Assembly: GCA_027344185.1 (NCBI GenBank)
Contig: DAHWJK010000038.1
Coordinates: forward strand, 1 to 51,191
Direction: 5' to 3'
DNA from: Thiobacillus sp.
Lineage (GTDB): Bacteria; Pseudomonadota; Gammaproteobacteria; Burkholderiales; Thiobacillaceae
Length of the DNA stretch: 51,191 nucleotides
Part shown: one piece after another, positions 11,119 to 22,156 of the stretch
Layout: each line of letters opens with the position of its first letter
How positions within the stretch are numbered: position 1 is the stretch's first letter
Position numbers and translations under genes: made by a program
Notes under the pieces: generated by a model
Told to the model about the DNA's origin: nothing
Seen by the model: only the letters and a program-made list of their open reading frames with translations
Database searches by the model: none

Positions 11119-11313
11119 AGGTCTGACTCATCGAAGAAAAGCGGCATTTTACCGCGAGAGGCGCCTACAATTCGCGCACCGCCATACCGGGTCGATGCCA
11201 TCTCAGGCACCTGCATGCGTCGTTTTTACCGCCATGAGGGCGAATCTCGTTTAAGGTGATACTTGTCGGGCGGCCGCCCGGAAACCCGTTTCGGACCCAT
11301 GGGAGAGCACGTA

Positions 11314-11784
11314 ATGAACAAGCCAATTCGAATGCGCCACGTCGCGATCCGCGCAGCTTTGTCGCTGCTGCTTGCCAGCCCGTTTGCCGTGGCCTTGGCG
11401 CAGGATGCGCCGCTGACGCGCACGGCGGGCGACGCCACACTCCAGTGGGGCGGCTGCCCTGACTTCATGCCTCGAGGTTGCCAGATTGCGGTGCTGCACG
11501 GCGATCCTGCCAAAAACAATGCCGATGTCTTCTTCAAGGTGCCCGCAAACGCGGTCATCCCGCGCCACTGGCACACATCGGCCGAGCGCATGGTACTGGT
11601 GGCCGGCGAACTTCATGTGACCTACGACGGACAGCCGACTGCGGTGATGAAACCGGGCACCTATGCCTACGGCCCGGCCCGGCTGCCGCACAAGGCGACT
11701 TGTGGAAAATCCGGCCCCTGCGTGCTCTTCATCGCATTCGAATCGCCTGTGGATGCGATGGCCGGCCAGCCGCCAGCGAAGTAG
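11314..11784 (+). CDS. Exported cupin-domain protein (DUF4437-like)
   Basis: Signal peptide; PRHWHTSAE and GPARLPH cupin motifs. Confidence 0.75.
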   Translation: MNKPIRMRHVAIRAALSLLLASPFAVALAQDAPLTRTAGDATLQWGGCPDFMPRGCQIAVLHGDPAKNNADVFFKVPANAVIPRHWHTSAERMVLVAGELHVTYDGQPTAVMKPGTYAYGPARLPHKATCGKSGPCVLFIAFESPVDAMAGQPPAK

Positions 11785-11805
11785 CGAGCGGTCCGGCGCC
11801 GCCCG

Positions 11806-11832
11806 AAAAAAAGCCCCGCATCTGCGGGGCTT
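11806..11832 (-). terminator. Intrinsic terminator of the tusE-like gene (possibly bidirectional)
   Basis: AAGCCCCGCA-tc-TGCGGGGCTT with A7 tract (U-tract on minus). Confidence 0.75.
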
Positions 11833-11850
11833 ATGTCGAAGCAGGCAGCG

Positions 11851-12183
11851 TCACACGCAACCGGTCGGCTTCGGGGTGCCAGCGTAACGGCCGGCCTGCT
11901 TGGCGGGGCCGAACGGGAACAGGTTGAACAGGAATTTCTTCTCGCCCCACTCGGCGCCGAACTCTTCTTTCAGGCCTTTCTGCAGGAAGCGCAGGTTGGG
12001 CGCAGTGCCATTCTGCGAGAAGTAGTCGCGCATGTAATGGATGATTTTCCAGTGGTTCTCGCCGAGTTCCAGGTTGTCTTCCTTGGCCAGCTCGACTGCC
12101 AGTTCCTCGGACCAGTCTTCCAGATTGACCAGATAGCCTTCGGGGTCGGTCTCGACCATTTTTCCGTTGATTTCGCGTTCCAT
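11851..12183 (-). CDS. tusE: TusE/DsrC/DsvC family sulfur relay protein (single C-terminal Cys)
   Basis: TDPEGYL, HWKII, LFPFGPAKQA...PKPTGCV. Confidence 0.85.
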   Translation of the reverse strand: MEREINGKMVETDPEGYLVNLEDWSEELAVELAKEDNLELGENHWKIIHYMRDYFSQNGTAPNLRFLQKGLKEEFGAEWGEKKFLFNLFPFGPAKQAGRYAGTPKPTGCV

Positions 12184-12276
12184 GATGCCGTCCTAGCGTT
12201 CAGTTAAAAATTGCAATGCCGAACCATAGAATAACCGAGTAATTTAGTCAACCACTCCCGATGGGTAGGTGGGGCT

Positions 12277-12651
12277 TTATTTGCGGGCAATCTTCCGGCC
12301 TGCAGCCTTGTAGGCTTCGATCCCGCCCTCGATGCAGCGCGCCTTTACGCCCGCGGCCTGCAGGCGATCGACCACGCTGTTCGATACCGATCCGCCGCGC
12401 ACGCAGTAGATCACCACGTCGAGCGTGAGCGGCAGCGCGCCGATCCAGACGTCGATCTTGTCCGGGTTTTTCCACATCGCGCCGGGAATGATTTCGTCGG
12501 ACGCGGCGAAATCGGCTTCGCGCCGCACGTCGAACACCAGTGCGGCGTCGGGATTCACCTCCGCGGGCGCGATCGTGCGCGGCAGGTCCGGACATTTTTC
12601 GGTGGGCGCGCCGCAGCCGCAGCGCTTCAGGGATTGGGTACCGGATTCCAT
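12277..12651 (-). CDS. Rhodanese-like protein (ChrE-type)
   Basis: DVRR, IPGA, VIYCVRGGSVS, IEGGIEA; directly after chrA. Confidence 0.8.
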   Translation of the reverse strand: MESGTQSLKRCGCGAPTEKCPDLPRTIAPAEVNPDAALVFDVRREADFAASDEIIPGAMWKNPDKIDVWIGALPLTLDVVIYCVRGGSVSNSVVDRLQAAGVKARCIEGGIEAYKAAGRKIARK

Positions 12652-12660
12652 GATGTGTCC

Positions 12661-13998
12661 TTAGATGAAAAATGAATAAACCAGCCCGGCGAGGGCGCAC
12701 ACGCCGATCACCTGCATGATGTCGGCCTTGTATTTCCACAGCGCAATAAAAGCGGCGATCGCCACGACGACGGGGAACGCGTCGAACACCCCCGCGAACG
12801 GCGCGTCGGCGGTACCTTGCGGCCAGAACGTATGCCAGGCGAAGAACGCCGCCAGGTTGAGGATCACGCCAACCACTGCGGCGGTGATGCCGGTCAGCGG
12901 TGCGGTAAAGCGGATTTCGCCGCGCGTGGCCTCGATCAGCGGGCCGCCGACCAGAACGAACAGAAAGGACGGCAGGAAAGTGAAGAAGGTCGCCACTGCC
13001 GCGCCTGCGAGTCCTGCCAGAACCGGGTTGTCGAACACACCCTTGGCGACGCCGCCGAGATAGCCGACCCAGGTGACGATCATGATCAGCGGCCCCGGCG
13101 TGGCCTCGCCCAGCGCCAGGCCGTCCATCATCTGCGGGCCGGTCAGCCACTGGTAGTGCTCGACCCCGCCTTGGTAGACATAGGGCAGCACCGCGTAGGC
13201 ACCGCCGATGGTGAGGAAGGCCGCCTTGGTGAAGAAATCGCCCATGTGGAAGAGATCCGGCACACCGTGGGTCGCCGCCATCGCCCCCAGCCAGATCAGC
13301 ACGAATGCAAGGAGTTTCCACGCGAGCGTGCGCCCGTTGAAACGCGCGTGGGCCGGCGGCGGCGTGTCGTCGTCGATGATGGCCGGGCCGTAATCCTTCG
13401 CGCTGGTGCTGTGACCGCCGCCCGCCTTGAACGTGTGCGGCGCGAGCTTGCCGCCGATTGCGCCGATCAGGCCCGCGGTGAGCACGATCCACGGAAATGC
13501 GATGTCGAAAAAGAAAATGCCGATGAAAGCGAGCGCCGCGATCGTCCACAGCACAGCGTTCTTCAGCGCCCGGCTGCCGATGCGCCATGCCGCGAACAGC
13601 ACGATCGCCACCACCGTCGGCTTGATGCCGTAGAAGATGCCCTGCACCCAAGGCAGGTTGCCGTAGGCGAGATAGAGGCCGGCCAGCAGCGACAGCAGCA
13701 GAAAAGACGGCAGGAAGAACAGCACGCCCGCGATGATGCCGCCGCGAATCCCGTGCATCAGCCAACTGATGTAGATCGCCAGCTGGGTGGCCTCGGGACC
13801 GGGCAGCAGCATGCAGTAGTTGAGCGCGTGCAGGTAACGGTGCTCGGAAATCCAGCGGCGTTTTTCGACGAGCTCCTGGTGCATCATCGAAATCTGCCCG
13901 GCGGGGCCGCCGAAGCTGATGAAGCCGAGCTTGAGCCAGTATCTGCAGGCTTCGCCCAGGGTAGGGGGCGCGGGTGCAGTCGTGGGCACGGTGTCCAA
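12661..13998 (-). CDS. chrA: Chromate efflux transporter (long CHR family)
   Basis: LGFISFGGPAGQI, LLPGPEATQ, GGAYAVLPY, TPGPLI; TTG start after GGAG. Confidence 0.93.
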   Translation of the reverse strand: MDTVPTTAPAPPTLGEACRYWLKLGFISFGGPAGQISMMHQELVEKRRWISEHRYLHALNYCMLLPGPEATQLAIYISWLMHGIRGGIIAGVLFFLPSFLLLSLLAGLYLAYGNLPWVQGIFYGIKPTVVAIVLFAAWRIGSRALKNAVLWTIAALAFIGIFFFDIAFPWIVLTAGLIGAIGGKLAPHTFKAGGGHSTSAKDYGPAIIDDDTPPPAHARFNGRTLAWKLLAFVLIWLGAMAATHGVPDLFHMGDFFTKAAFLTIGGAYAVLPYVYQGGVEHYQWLTGPQMMDGLALGEATPGPLIMIVTWVGYLGGVAKGVFDNPVLAGLAGAAVATFFTFLPSFLFVLVGGPLIEATRGEIRFTAPLTGITAAVVGVILNLAAFFAWHTFWPQGTADAPFAGVFDAFPVVVAIAAFIALWKYKADIMQVIGVCALAGLVYSFFI

Positions 13999-14038
13999 GA
14001 ATCATGCTCCAAGTGAAAGGATGAAAACCAGACTTGGA

Positions 14039-14093
14039 CGGGACACCGTCTTGCGGATGAGACATCCAGACGCCGGGGGCGGGTACCCCGACT
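14039..14093 (-). ncRNA. Candidate cis-regulatory leader RNA upstream of chrA (chrB-motif-like)
   Basis: Stem CGGGGUACC/GGUGUCCCG encloses hairpins CGCC/GGCG and GGAUG/CAUCC; GUCU/AGAC potential pseudoknot; begins right after a sigma70 promoter. Confidence 0.55.
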
Positions 14094-14099
14094 GGCGCG

Positions 14100-14128
14100 A
14101 TTCTAGAGCAGCGGGCGCGATCAGCCAA
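14100..14128 (-). promoter_or_regulatory. sigma70 promoter for chrA leader
   Basis: TTGGCT-N17-TAGAAT on minus strand. Confidence 0.6.
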
Positions 14129-14333
14129 GTGGCCCGCCCGGCGGAGAGGACAACCGGGCGCTGCGTCTGCCGTCGACCCGGGCAAACCCTTGAATTTCGG
14201 CGCCGCCGGCCTGATCACCAGGGTGCTGCTCATAGCCTGCTTTAAAGCCGCCTTTTTTCCGCGACTCGCGCGTCATCACAATACGGGTGCCGTCACAGAA
14301 CACCTGATCCTCTCGCGCTTCGCGTGCCCTGAA

Positions 14334-14420
14334 TTTACGAGGGCGCCGATCTGCGCTACAATGTTTTGCGCAAAACATTATTGCGCAGTGTTTAACCCGG
14401 GTTTGCCTGCAGGCAAACCC
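14334..14420 (+). promoter_or_regulatory. sigma70 promoter plus two perfect palindromes upstream of the glucosylglycerol operon
   Basis: TTTACG-N17-TACAAT; AATGTTTTGCGCAAAACATT (14360-14379); GGGTTTGCCTGCAGGCAAACCC (14399-14420). Confidence 0.6.
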
Positions 14421-14624
14421 CATAAAAACAAGCAATTGCCGGCCGACAGCGCAGGTGATTTTTGATTTTTCCGCCCGCAACACCGGTGCAGACGCCTTCC
14501 CGCAGAAGGCTTGCCCATACGCCCGGGCATCCCGTCGATGCCCGGCCCGTCCGAATGCTGCCCGCAGCGTCCGGGCGTCCATCCAACGAGCATGCCGATG
14601 GCGTGCCCCGATATTGGAGACAAC

Positions 14625-15815
14625 ATGTTCGACATGACCGAAGGTTTAAATCCGAACCTGCCTGCCCCTGCGCCGCACGGGCATCAACCGCTGACCTGTG
14701 CAGCCGTGCTGGGCGCCGGCGCCTGGGGCACGGCACTCGCCAGCGCGCTGCAGCGCGCTGGCGTACCCACCTGGTTGTGGGCCCGCCGTCAGGCGGTCGC
14801 GGAAGCGATCCACAGCCGCAACCACCATCCGCACTGTCTGTCGGGGATCGCGCTGCCGTCAGGACTCGGCGCCACCACAGACATGGCGCACGCCGTGCAC
14901 GGCGCGCAACTGGTCATCCTCGCCCTGCCCTCGGCCGCCACCCGGGACATCGCCCGCCAGATCGCGCCGCTGCTGAAACCGGGCACGATGGTGCTCACCG
15001 CCAGCAAGGGCATCGAGCAGGGCAGCGGTGCGCTGATGACGCAGGTGCTGGACGCGGAACTGGGCAAGGCCGTGCTGACCGGATCGATTGGCGGCCCCAG
15101 CTTCGCCGACGAAGTGGCAGGTGGAAAATCCACGCTGCTGACGCTGGCGCTACCGGCGCTGGAACGCTTCCACCCGCGTTACAAGGACGCGCGCAGGGTG
15201 GCCGATGGCCTGGTGCAGCAGCTCGCACTGGCCCGCATTTCGCTGGAACTGACCCGGGATGTGGTGGGCGCCCAGGTGGGCGGCGCGCTGAAGAACATGA
15301 TCGCCATCGCCTGCGGCATGGCCACCGCGCAAGGCCTGGGCGAAAACGCGCGCGCCGGTATCATCACGCGCGGTCTCGACGACATGCGACGTCTCACGCT
15401 GGCCATGGGTGGCCGCATCGAAACCCTGTTCGGCAGCAGCGGGATCGGCGACCTGTTCCTGACCGCAGCCTCCGAACAGTCGCGCAACACGCGGCTCGGC
15501 ATGCGGCTCGGCCATCCCGGCGGCGGGGCTGTTGCCGAGGACGGCGCGTTGAGCGAGGGCGCCGTCAGCGTGCTGTCGGTGCATATCCTGGAACGCAAAT
15601 ATGGCCTGCGTCTGAACGTGGCCGCCGCCGTGCGCGACGTGCTGGCGCAGCGCCTGTCAGCCGGACAGGCCCTGCAGCAACTGCTGCACGACAACGCCCC
15701 GGCGGTGCTGCCGCCGGTGGCGCGTCCGCCGCGTCCGAACACGGTGCGGCCGCCCATCGGACGTGACAGTGAAACGCGTCCGGCCGTGCAGCCCTGGGGC
15801 TTGAGTTATGCATAA
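14625..15815 (+). CDS. gpsA: NAD(P)H-dependent glycerol-3-phosphate dehydrogenase
   Basis: GAGAWGTALA, SKGIE, GPSFA, GALKN, GIGDLFLT, SRNTRLG; GGAG RBS. Confidence 0.9.
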   Translation: MFDMTEGLNPNLPAPAPHGHQPLTCAAVLGAGAWGTALASALQRAGVPTWLWARRQAVAEAIHSRNHHPHCLSGIALPSGLGATTDMAHAVHGAQLVILALPSAATRDIARQIAPLLKPGTMVLTASKGIEQGSGALMTQVLDAELGKAVLTGSIGGPSFADEVAGGKSTLLTLALPALERFHPRYKDARRVADGLVQQLALARISLELTRDVVGAQVGGALKNMIAIACGMATAQGLGENARAGIITRGLDDMRRLTLAMGGRIETLFGSSGIGDLFLTAASEQSRNTRLGMRLGHPGGGAVAEDGALSEGAVSVLSVHILERKYGLRLNVAAAVRDVLAQRLSAGQALQQLLHDNAPAVLPPVARPPRPNTVRPPIGRDSETRPAVQPWGLSYA

Positions 15816-16555
15816 GGCCGATAGCGGCACGCCGCAGACCATCCTCGCCACCGATCTCGACGGCACCTTTCTCGGCGGCAGCAGCACAGAACGCGCGACG
15901 CTGTACGACTGGATCGCACAGCGCCGCGACGAGATCGTGCTGATCTTCGTCAGCGGGCGCGGGCTCGACTTCATGCGCGGTCTGGCGAAGGAGTTGCCGG
16001 TGCAGCCCGACCATCTGGTCGGCGACGTCGGCACCAGCGTCGCCTGCGGGCCGTGGTATGCCCCGCTGCCGCATCTGGAACAGTGGTTGGACACCTGCTG
16101 GCCGGCCGATGCGCACGCACGCATCGACCAGTTGATGCAGCAGCATCCGGGGCTGCGCGAACAACCGGGCGTCAGCGGGCGCCGCCGCTCGTATTACTAC
16201 GAGGACCCCGGGCACGCCGATGCCGCGCAGCGCGACGTGCAGCAGCTGGGATTCGACGCCCTGATCTCGGACAGCCTCTACTTCGACGTGCTGCCGCGCG
16301 GCGTGCAGAAAGGCCCCACCCTGCTGCGCACCTTGCAGGCGCTGAACCTGCCTGCGCACCGCACGCTGGTTGCCGGCGACACGCTCAACGACCTGTCGAT
16401 GTTCGACACCGGCCTGGCCGGCGTGGCCGTGGGCAACCGCGAGGCCGCGCTCGATGCCGCCATCCAGCACCACGACAACGTGTACCGCAGCCCGCATCCG
16501 GGCGCGGCCGGCGTGCTCGACGCACTGCAACGCTTTCACCGAACGGAGGACTCCC

Positions 16556-18061
<1,506 letters not shown>

Positions 18062-18163
18062 CGCCTGCGCCGCACGCCCTTTCATCTTTCCGATCCACCG
18101 CCTTGCCCACGCCCGCCGGATGACCCGGCGGGCCGGCACCGGCATGACTCCGAGGTTCCCCTT

Positions 18164-19606
18164 ATGACTCTGCGCAACCAGGCCCAGCTGATCACCTATC
18201 CCGACCGAATGGGCACCAACCTGGCCGATCTGTACGCCATCATCGACCGGCATTTTTCCAGGGCCATCGGCGGTGTCCACATCCTGCCGCCGTATCCGTC
18301 GAATGCCGACGGCGGGTTTTCGCCGTTGACCCACAAGGAAATCGACCCCAAATACGGCACCTGGGCCGACGTCGAGAAAATCTCGGCGCGTTTCGACCTC
18401 TGCCTCGACCTGACGCTCAACCACATCTCCGACGAATCCGTGGAGTTCAAGGACTTCGTCGCCCGCGGCTACGATTCCGAATACGCCGACCTCTTCGTGC
18501 ACGTCGACCAGCTCGGCCCGATCTCGGCCGACGATCTGGCGCGCATCCACATCCGCAAGGAAAAGGAACCCTTCCGCGAAGTGGTCTTCGCCGACGGCAG
18601 TCGCGGCCGGGTCTGGTGCACCTTTACCGAACACCAGATCGACCTCAACTTCAGTTCGCCCAAGACCTATGCGCTGATGGAGGACACCATCAAGTTCCTC
18701 ACCGCGCGCGGGGTCAAGCTGTTCCGCCTCGATGCGTTCGGCTACACGACGAAGAAAATCGGCACCAGCTGCTTCCTGGTCGAGCCGGACGTCTACGACA
18801 TCCTCAAGTGGATCGACGGCGTCGCCCGGGAAAATGGCGCCGACACCCTGCCCGAGGTGCACGACCACGCCAGCTTCCAGTACGCTATCGCGCTGCACGG
18901 CATGCATCCCTACGGCTTCGCGCTGGCGCCGCTGCTGCTGTATTCGCTGCTCGACGCCAACAGCACCTATCTCAAGCAGTGGCTGCGCATGTGTCCGCGC
19001 AACCAGCTCACCGTGCTCGACACCCACGACGGCATCTGCATCCCCGACGTCGAAGGCGTGCTGCCCAAAGACAAGATCCAGGCGGTGATCGACAATGTCA
19101 GCCAGCGCTCGGCCGACCCCATCCTGCGCCGCTCCGCCGCCAACGTGCACAGCGTCGGCGCGATCTACCAGCTCACCTGCACCTATTACGATGCGCTGAA
19201 ACGCAACGACGACGCCTACATCGCCGCGCGTGCGATCCAGTTTTTTGCACCCGGCATCCCGCAGGTCTACTACGTCGGCCTGCTCGCCGGCTGCAACGAC
19301 CTCGAGCTGATGGAAGAAACCGGCGAACTGCGCGACATCAACCGCCACGCCTACAGCATGGACGAAGTCGCCCAGGCCGTGAAAAACCCCGTGGTGCGGC
19401 GCCTGCTCAAGCTGATGGAATTCCGCAGCAGCTACCCTGCGTTCGACGGCGTGTTCCACCTGATGTATTCCAACGAAAGCAGCGTCGCCATGTGCTGGCG
19501 CCATGGCGAGTTGCGCTGCGAGCTCTTCGTCGACCTCAACTTCAAGAAGGCGACGCTCAGCTACGTGGACGAGAAATCGAAACGCTGGCTCAGCATGCGC
19601 TGCTAG
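18164..19606 (+). CDS. GH13_18 phosphorylase, glucosylglycerol phosphorylase type
   Basis: QLITYPD, RLDAFGY, PEVH, THDGI catalytic motifs; VGAIYQ specificity loop instead of NLD(L/I)YQ. Confidence 0.8.
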   Translation: MTLRNQAQLITYPDRMGTNLADLYAIIDRHFSRAIGGVHILPPYPSNADGGFSPLTHKEIDPKYGTWADVEKISARFDLCLDLTLNHISDESVEFKDFVARGYDSEYADLFVHVDQLGPISADDLARIHIRKEKEPFREVVFADGSRGRVWCTFTEHQIDLNFSSPKTYALMEDTIKFLTARGVKLFRLDAFGYTTKKIGTSCFLVEPDVYDILKWIDGVARENGADTLPEVHDHASFQYAIALHGMHPYGFALAPLLLYSLLDANSTYLKQWLRMCPRNQLTVLDTHDGICIPDVEGVLPKDKIQAVIDNVSQRSADPILRRSAANVHSVGAIYQLTCTYYDALKRNDDAYIAARAIQFFAPGIPQVYYVGLLAGCNDLELMEETGELRDINRHAYSMDEVAQAVKNPVVRRLLKLMEFRSSYPAFDGVFHLMYSNESSVAMCWRHGELRCELFVDLNFKKATLSYVDEKSKRWLSMRC

Positions 19607-19686
19607 GCCGCAGACGGCAGAGGACACACCACTTTGAGCATCCTCCCCCGCATAATCCGGGTTTCGAATTGCTGCCGGTTTATTCC

Positions 19687-20571
19687 ATGCGCCACCTGTC
19701 CCTGATTCTGCTTGCCACGCTGCTGACTGCCTGCGCGGCGCCCGCTCCCGCACCCAAGCCCCCTGTCCCGGGGCCCGTTGCGGTGCAAAAACCGCCGCTC
19801 AAGATCGCGCTGGTGCTGGGGGGCGGCGCGGCGCGCGGCTTTGCCCATATCGGCGTGATCAAGTCGCTGGAAGCGCAGGGCATCGTGCCCGACATCGTCG
19901 TTGGCACCAGTGCGGGCTCGGTGGTGGGGGCGCTCTATGCCTCGGGCATGAGCGGCTTCGAATTGCAGAATCTGGCGCTGCAGATGAAGGAGGACCTGCT
20001 GGCGGACTGGACCCTGCCCAATCGCGGGGTGCTGAAAGGCGCGGCGCTGCAGGACTTCATCAACCAGCACGTGAAGAACCAGCCGATCCAGAAGTTTCCC
20101 AAGCCGCTGGGCGTGGTGGCCACCGACCTGCAAAGCGGCGAGCGCGTGCTCTTTCGCGGCGGCAACGCCGGCATGGCGGTGCGCGCGTCGAGCGCGGTGC
20201 CGGGCGTATTCCAGCCGGTCGAGATCAACGGCCGCGATTTCGTGGACGGCGGGCTCACCTCGCCAGTGCCGGCGCAGGCCGCGCGCAGCATGGGGGCGGA
20301 TTTCGTCATCGCGGTGGACATTTCCAACGTCAGCCGCCGCGAGCGGCTAAGCGGCACGCTCGACGTGCTGCTGCAGACCTTTGCCATCATGGGCCATACC
20401 CTGAGCGGCCATGAGCTGAAGGATGCCGACGTCGTCGTCCGTCCGCAGACGGCCGCGGTCAGCAGCACCGATTTCGAAGGCCGCCACCTCGCCATCCTGG
20501 AAGGCGAAAAAGCCGCCGCCGCCATCATGCCGGAGCTGAAGGCCCGGTTGGCCCGGGCGCGGGCGCGTTGA
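19687..20571 (+). CDS. Patatin-like phospholipase (lipoprotein)
   Basis: LTAC lipobox, GGGAARG, GTSAG, DGG. Confidence 0.9.
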   Translation: MRHLSLILLATLLTACAAPAPAPKPPVPGPVAVQKPPLKIALVLGGGAARGFAHIGVIKSLEAQGIVPDIVVGTSAGSVVGALYASGMSGFELQNLALQMKEDLLADWTLPNRGVLKGAALQDFINQHVKNQPIQKFPKPLGVVATDLQSGERVLFRGGNAGMAVRASSAVPGVFQPVEINGRDFVDGGLTSPVPAQAARSMGADFVIAVDISNVSRRERLSGTLDVLLQTFAIMGHTLSGHELKDADVVVRPQTAAVSSTDFEGRHLAILEGEKAAAAIMPELKARLARARAR

Positions 20572-20596
20572 ACGCGGGGGCAAGCGCGCTTAGCCT

Positions 20597-20923
20597 TCAG
20601 GCCTGCCACACCCCATAGCCCGCTTCGCGGAAATCGATCGCCAGCTCCACCTCCAGCGCGCAGGCGTCGTCATACGAGGTCGGGTTGTACAACTCGTAGA
20701 GTTCGGGCAGCAGGCGCAGGCCGAAGGCCTGGACGTAGCGGTTGGACTGGATGCCGGCCTTGTGCTTGTCGAAGCGCACGTCGGGATCCAGTCCCGTCAT
20801 CCCGACATACAGGCATGGTTTGCCCGCGATGTAGTTGGGGTTGGCTTTTTTGAAGCGGGCTTCGTACAGAACGTCTTTCGACAGTTCGATCACATAGACG
20901 TGGTGGTGGTCGCGGCGTCCCAT
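20597..20923 (-). CDS. Small GIY-YIG-like conserved hypothetical protein
   Basis: HVYVIEL...LYVGMTG...RF..HKAG...E pattern. Confidence 0.7.
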   Translation of the reverse strand: MGRRDHHHVYVIELSKDVLYEARFKKANPNYIAGKPCLYVGMTGLDPDVRFDKHKAGIQSNRYVQAFGLRLLPELYELYNPTSYDDACALEVELAIDFREAGYGVWQA

Positions 20924-20992
20924 CGGTCCATTCAGGCAAGCATGACGTGTCGGCACAGCTTACTGCGCCGACCGCAGCCAGCAAAGCCGCGC

Positions 20993-21050
20993 TCAGGCCA
21001 CCCCGTGCTTCCTGAACCAGTCCTGCATCCGCTTCCAGCCGGTCTCCGAC
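20993..21050 (-). pseudogene. Orphan 3' end of a dienelactone-hydrolase-like gene
   Basis: Translates SETGWKRMQDWFRKHGVA*, with an in-frame TAG upstream and no start. Confidence 0.45.
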
Positions 21051-21384
21051 CTGGAAGGCGAGACAGCCTACCACGACGCCGTTCCCGCTCAGTTGCGCGA
21101 ACAACGCTAGGCACGAGCGCAAGCAGTGGCGCGGCGCTTCGCATGCAATGATCTTTATAAATCAATCAGTCTGTTCCCGGCGGACGTACTGCGTGCACCT
21201 TCAGACCGACTGCCTCGATGGCAGTTTCGGCGCTTTCTTTGCACTAGACCTGCGGACGCCTTCTCTGCCCGTCCAGGCGCCTGCGTGCAGGCGACTCTTG
21301 GCGGGGGAATTGAAGATGGAACCTTGCCACCCCGGGCCCACCTATAGTATTCAGGTCGGCCGACCTGCCAGAGGACATCACGCC

Positions 21385-22005
21385 ATGAAACACGACACGC
21401 ATCTATCGATGATCCGCGGCTTTCACCTCGCGGACTGGTTCACGCTGGGAAATGCCGCCTGCGGCGTGGGCGCGCTGTTTGCCGTGATCAGCCATGTCGA
21501 AACCCAAACGGTGTTGCACCTGTTGTTTGCCTGCGTGCTGATACTGGTGGCGTTTGTCTTCGATGTGTTCGATGGCCGCGTTGCACGCTGGCGCCAGCAA
21601 ACCTCGCTGCTGGGACGCGAGCTGGATTCGCTGGCCGACGTGATTTCCTTTGGCGTTGCGCCGGCGATCATCGCCTACGGCGCCGGGATGGACGGTCTGT
21701 GGGACCGGGTGATCCTGATCTACTTCGTGGCATGCGGCGTGAGCCGCCTGGCCCGCTACAACATCACCGCCGAGACGCTGGCGCAGGGTGGCGACAAGGT
21801 ACGCTACTTCGAAGGCACGCCGATCCCCAGTTCGCTGCTGCTGGTCGTCGTCATCGCCGTTGCCGCGATGAACGGCGCGATCGGCGACGCGCTCTGGTTC
21901 GGCATGATCCAGGTCGGTCCGGGGCAATTCCACCCGTTGGTGCTGATGTTCGCAGTGTCCGGCTCGCTGATGATCAGCCGCACATTGCATATCCCGAAAT
22001 TCTGA
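21385..22005 (+). CDS. pssA: CDP-alcohol phosphatidyltransferase (phosphatidylserine synthase type II)
   Basis: DVFDGRVAR...LGRELDSLADVISFGVAP, SRLARYN, FEGTPIP. Confidence 0.85.
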   Translation: MKHDTHLSMIRGFHLADWFTLGNAACGVGALFAVISHVETQTVLHLLFACVLILVAFVFDVFDGRVARWRQQTSLLGRELDSLADVISFGVAPAIIAYGAGMDGLWDRVILIYFVACGVSRLARYNITAETLAQGGDKVRYFEGTPIPSSLLLVVVIAVAAMNGAIGDALWFGMIQVGPGQFHPLVLMFAVSGSLMISRTLHIPKF

Positions 22006-22156
22006 GCGCGGCGCCCGCAGTAGTGGAGCGGCCCGGCCGCCTGAGACCGGACATGCTTTTTCACCATGAGAAATTATTGCGCGTCCCCTTCGACAAGCCC
22101 GCCTTGTGGTGCAACATTATCAGGAACCAGCGTGCATAAGTGAGGAGCGTTCTAAG

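Noticed and set aside
12248-14233. 661-aa Arg/Pro-rich ORF over chrA
   Set aside because: Alternative frame of chrA and the rhodanese gene; non-protein-like composition
18616-20571. Apparent long N-terminal extension of patatin
   Set aside because: Off-frame overlap with the phosphorylase; lipoprotein signal starts at 19687
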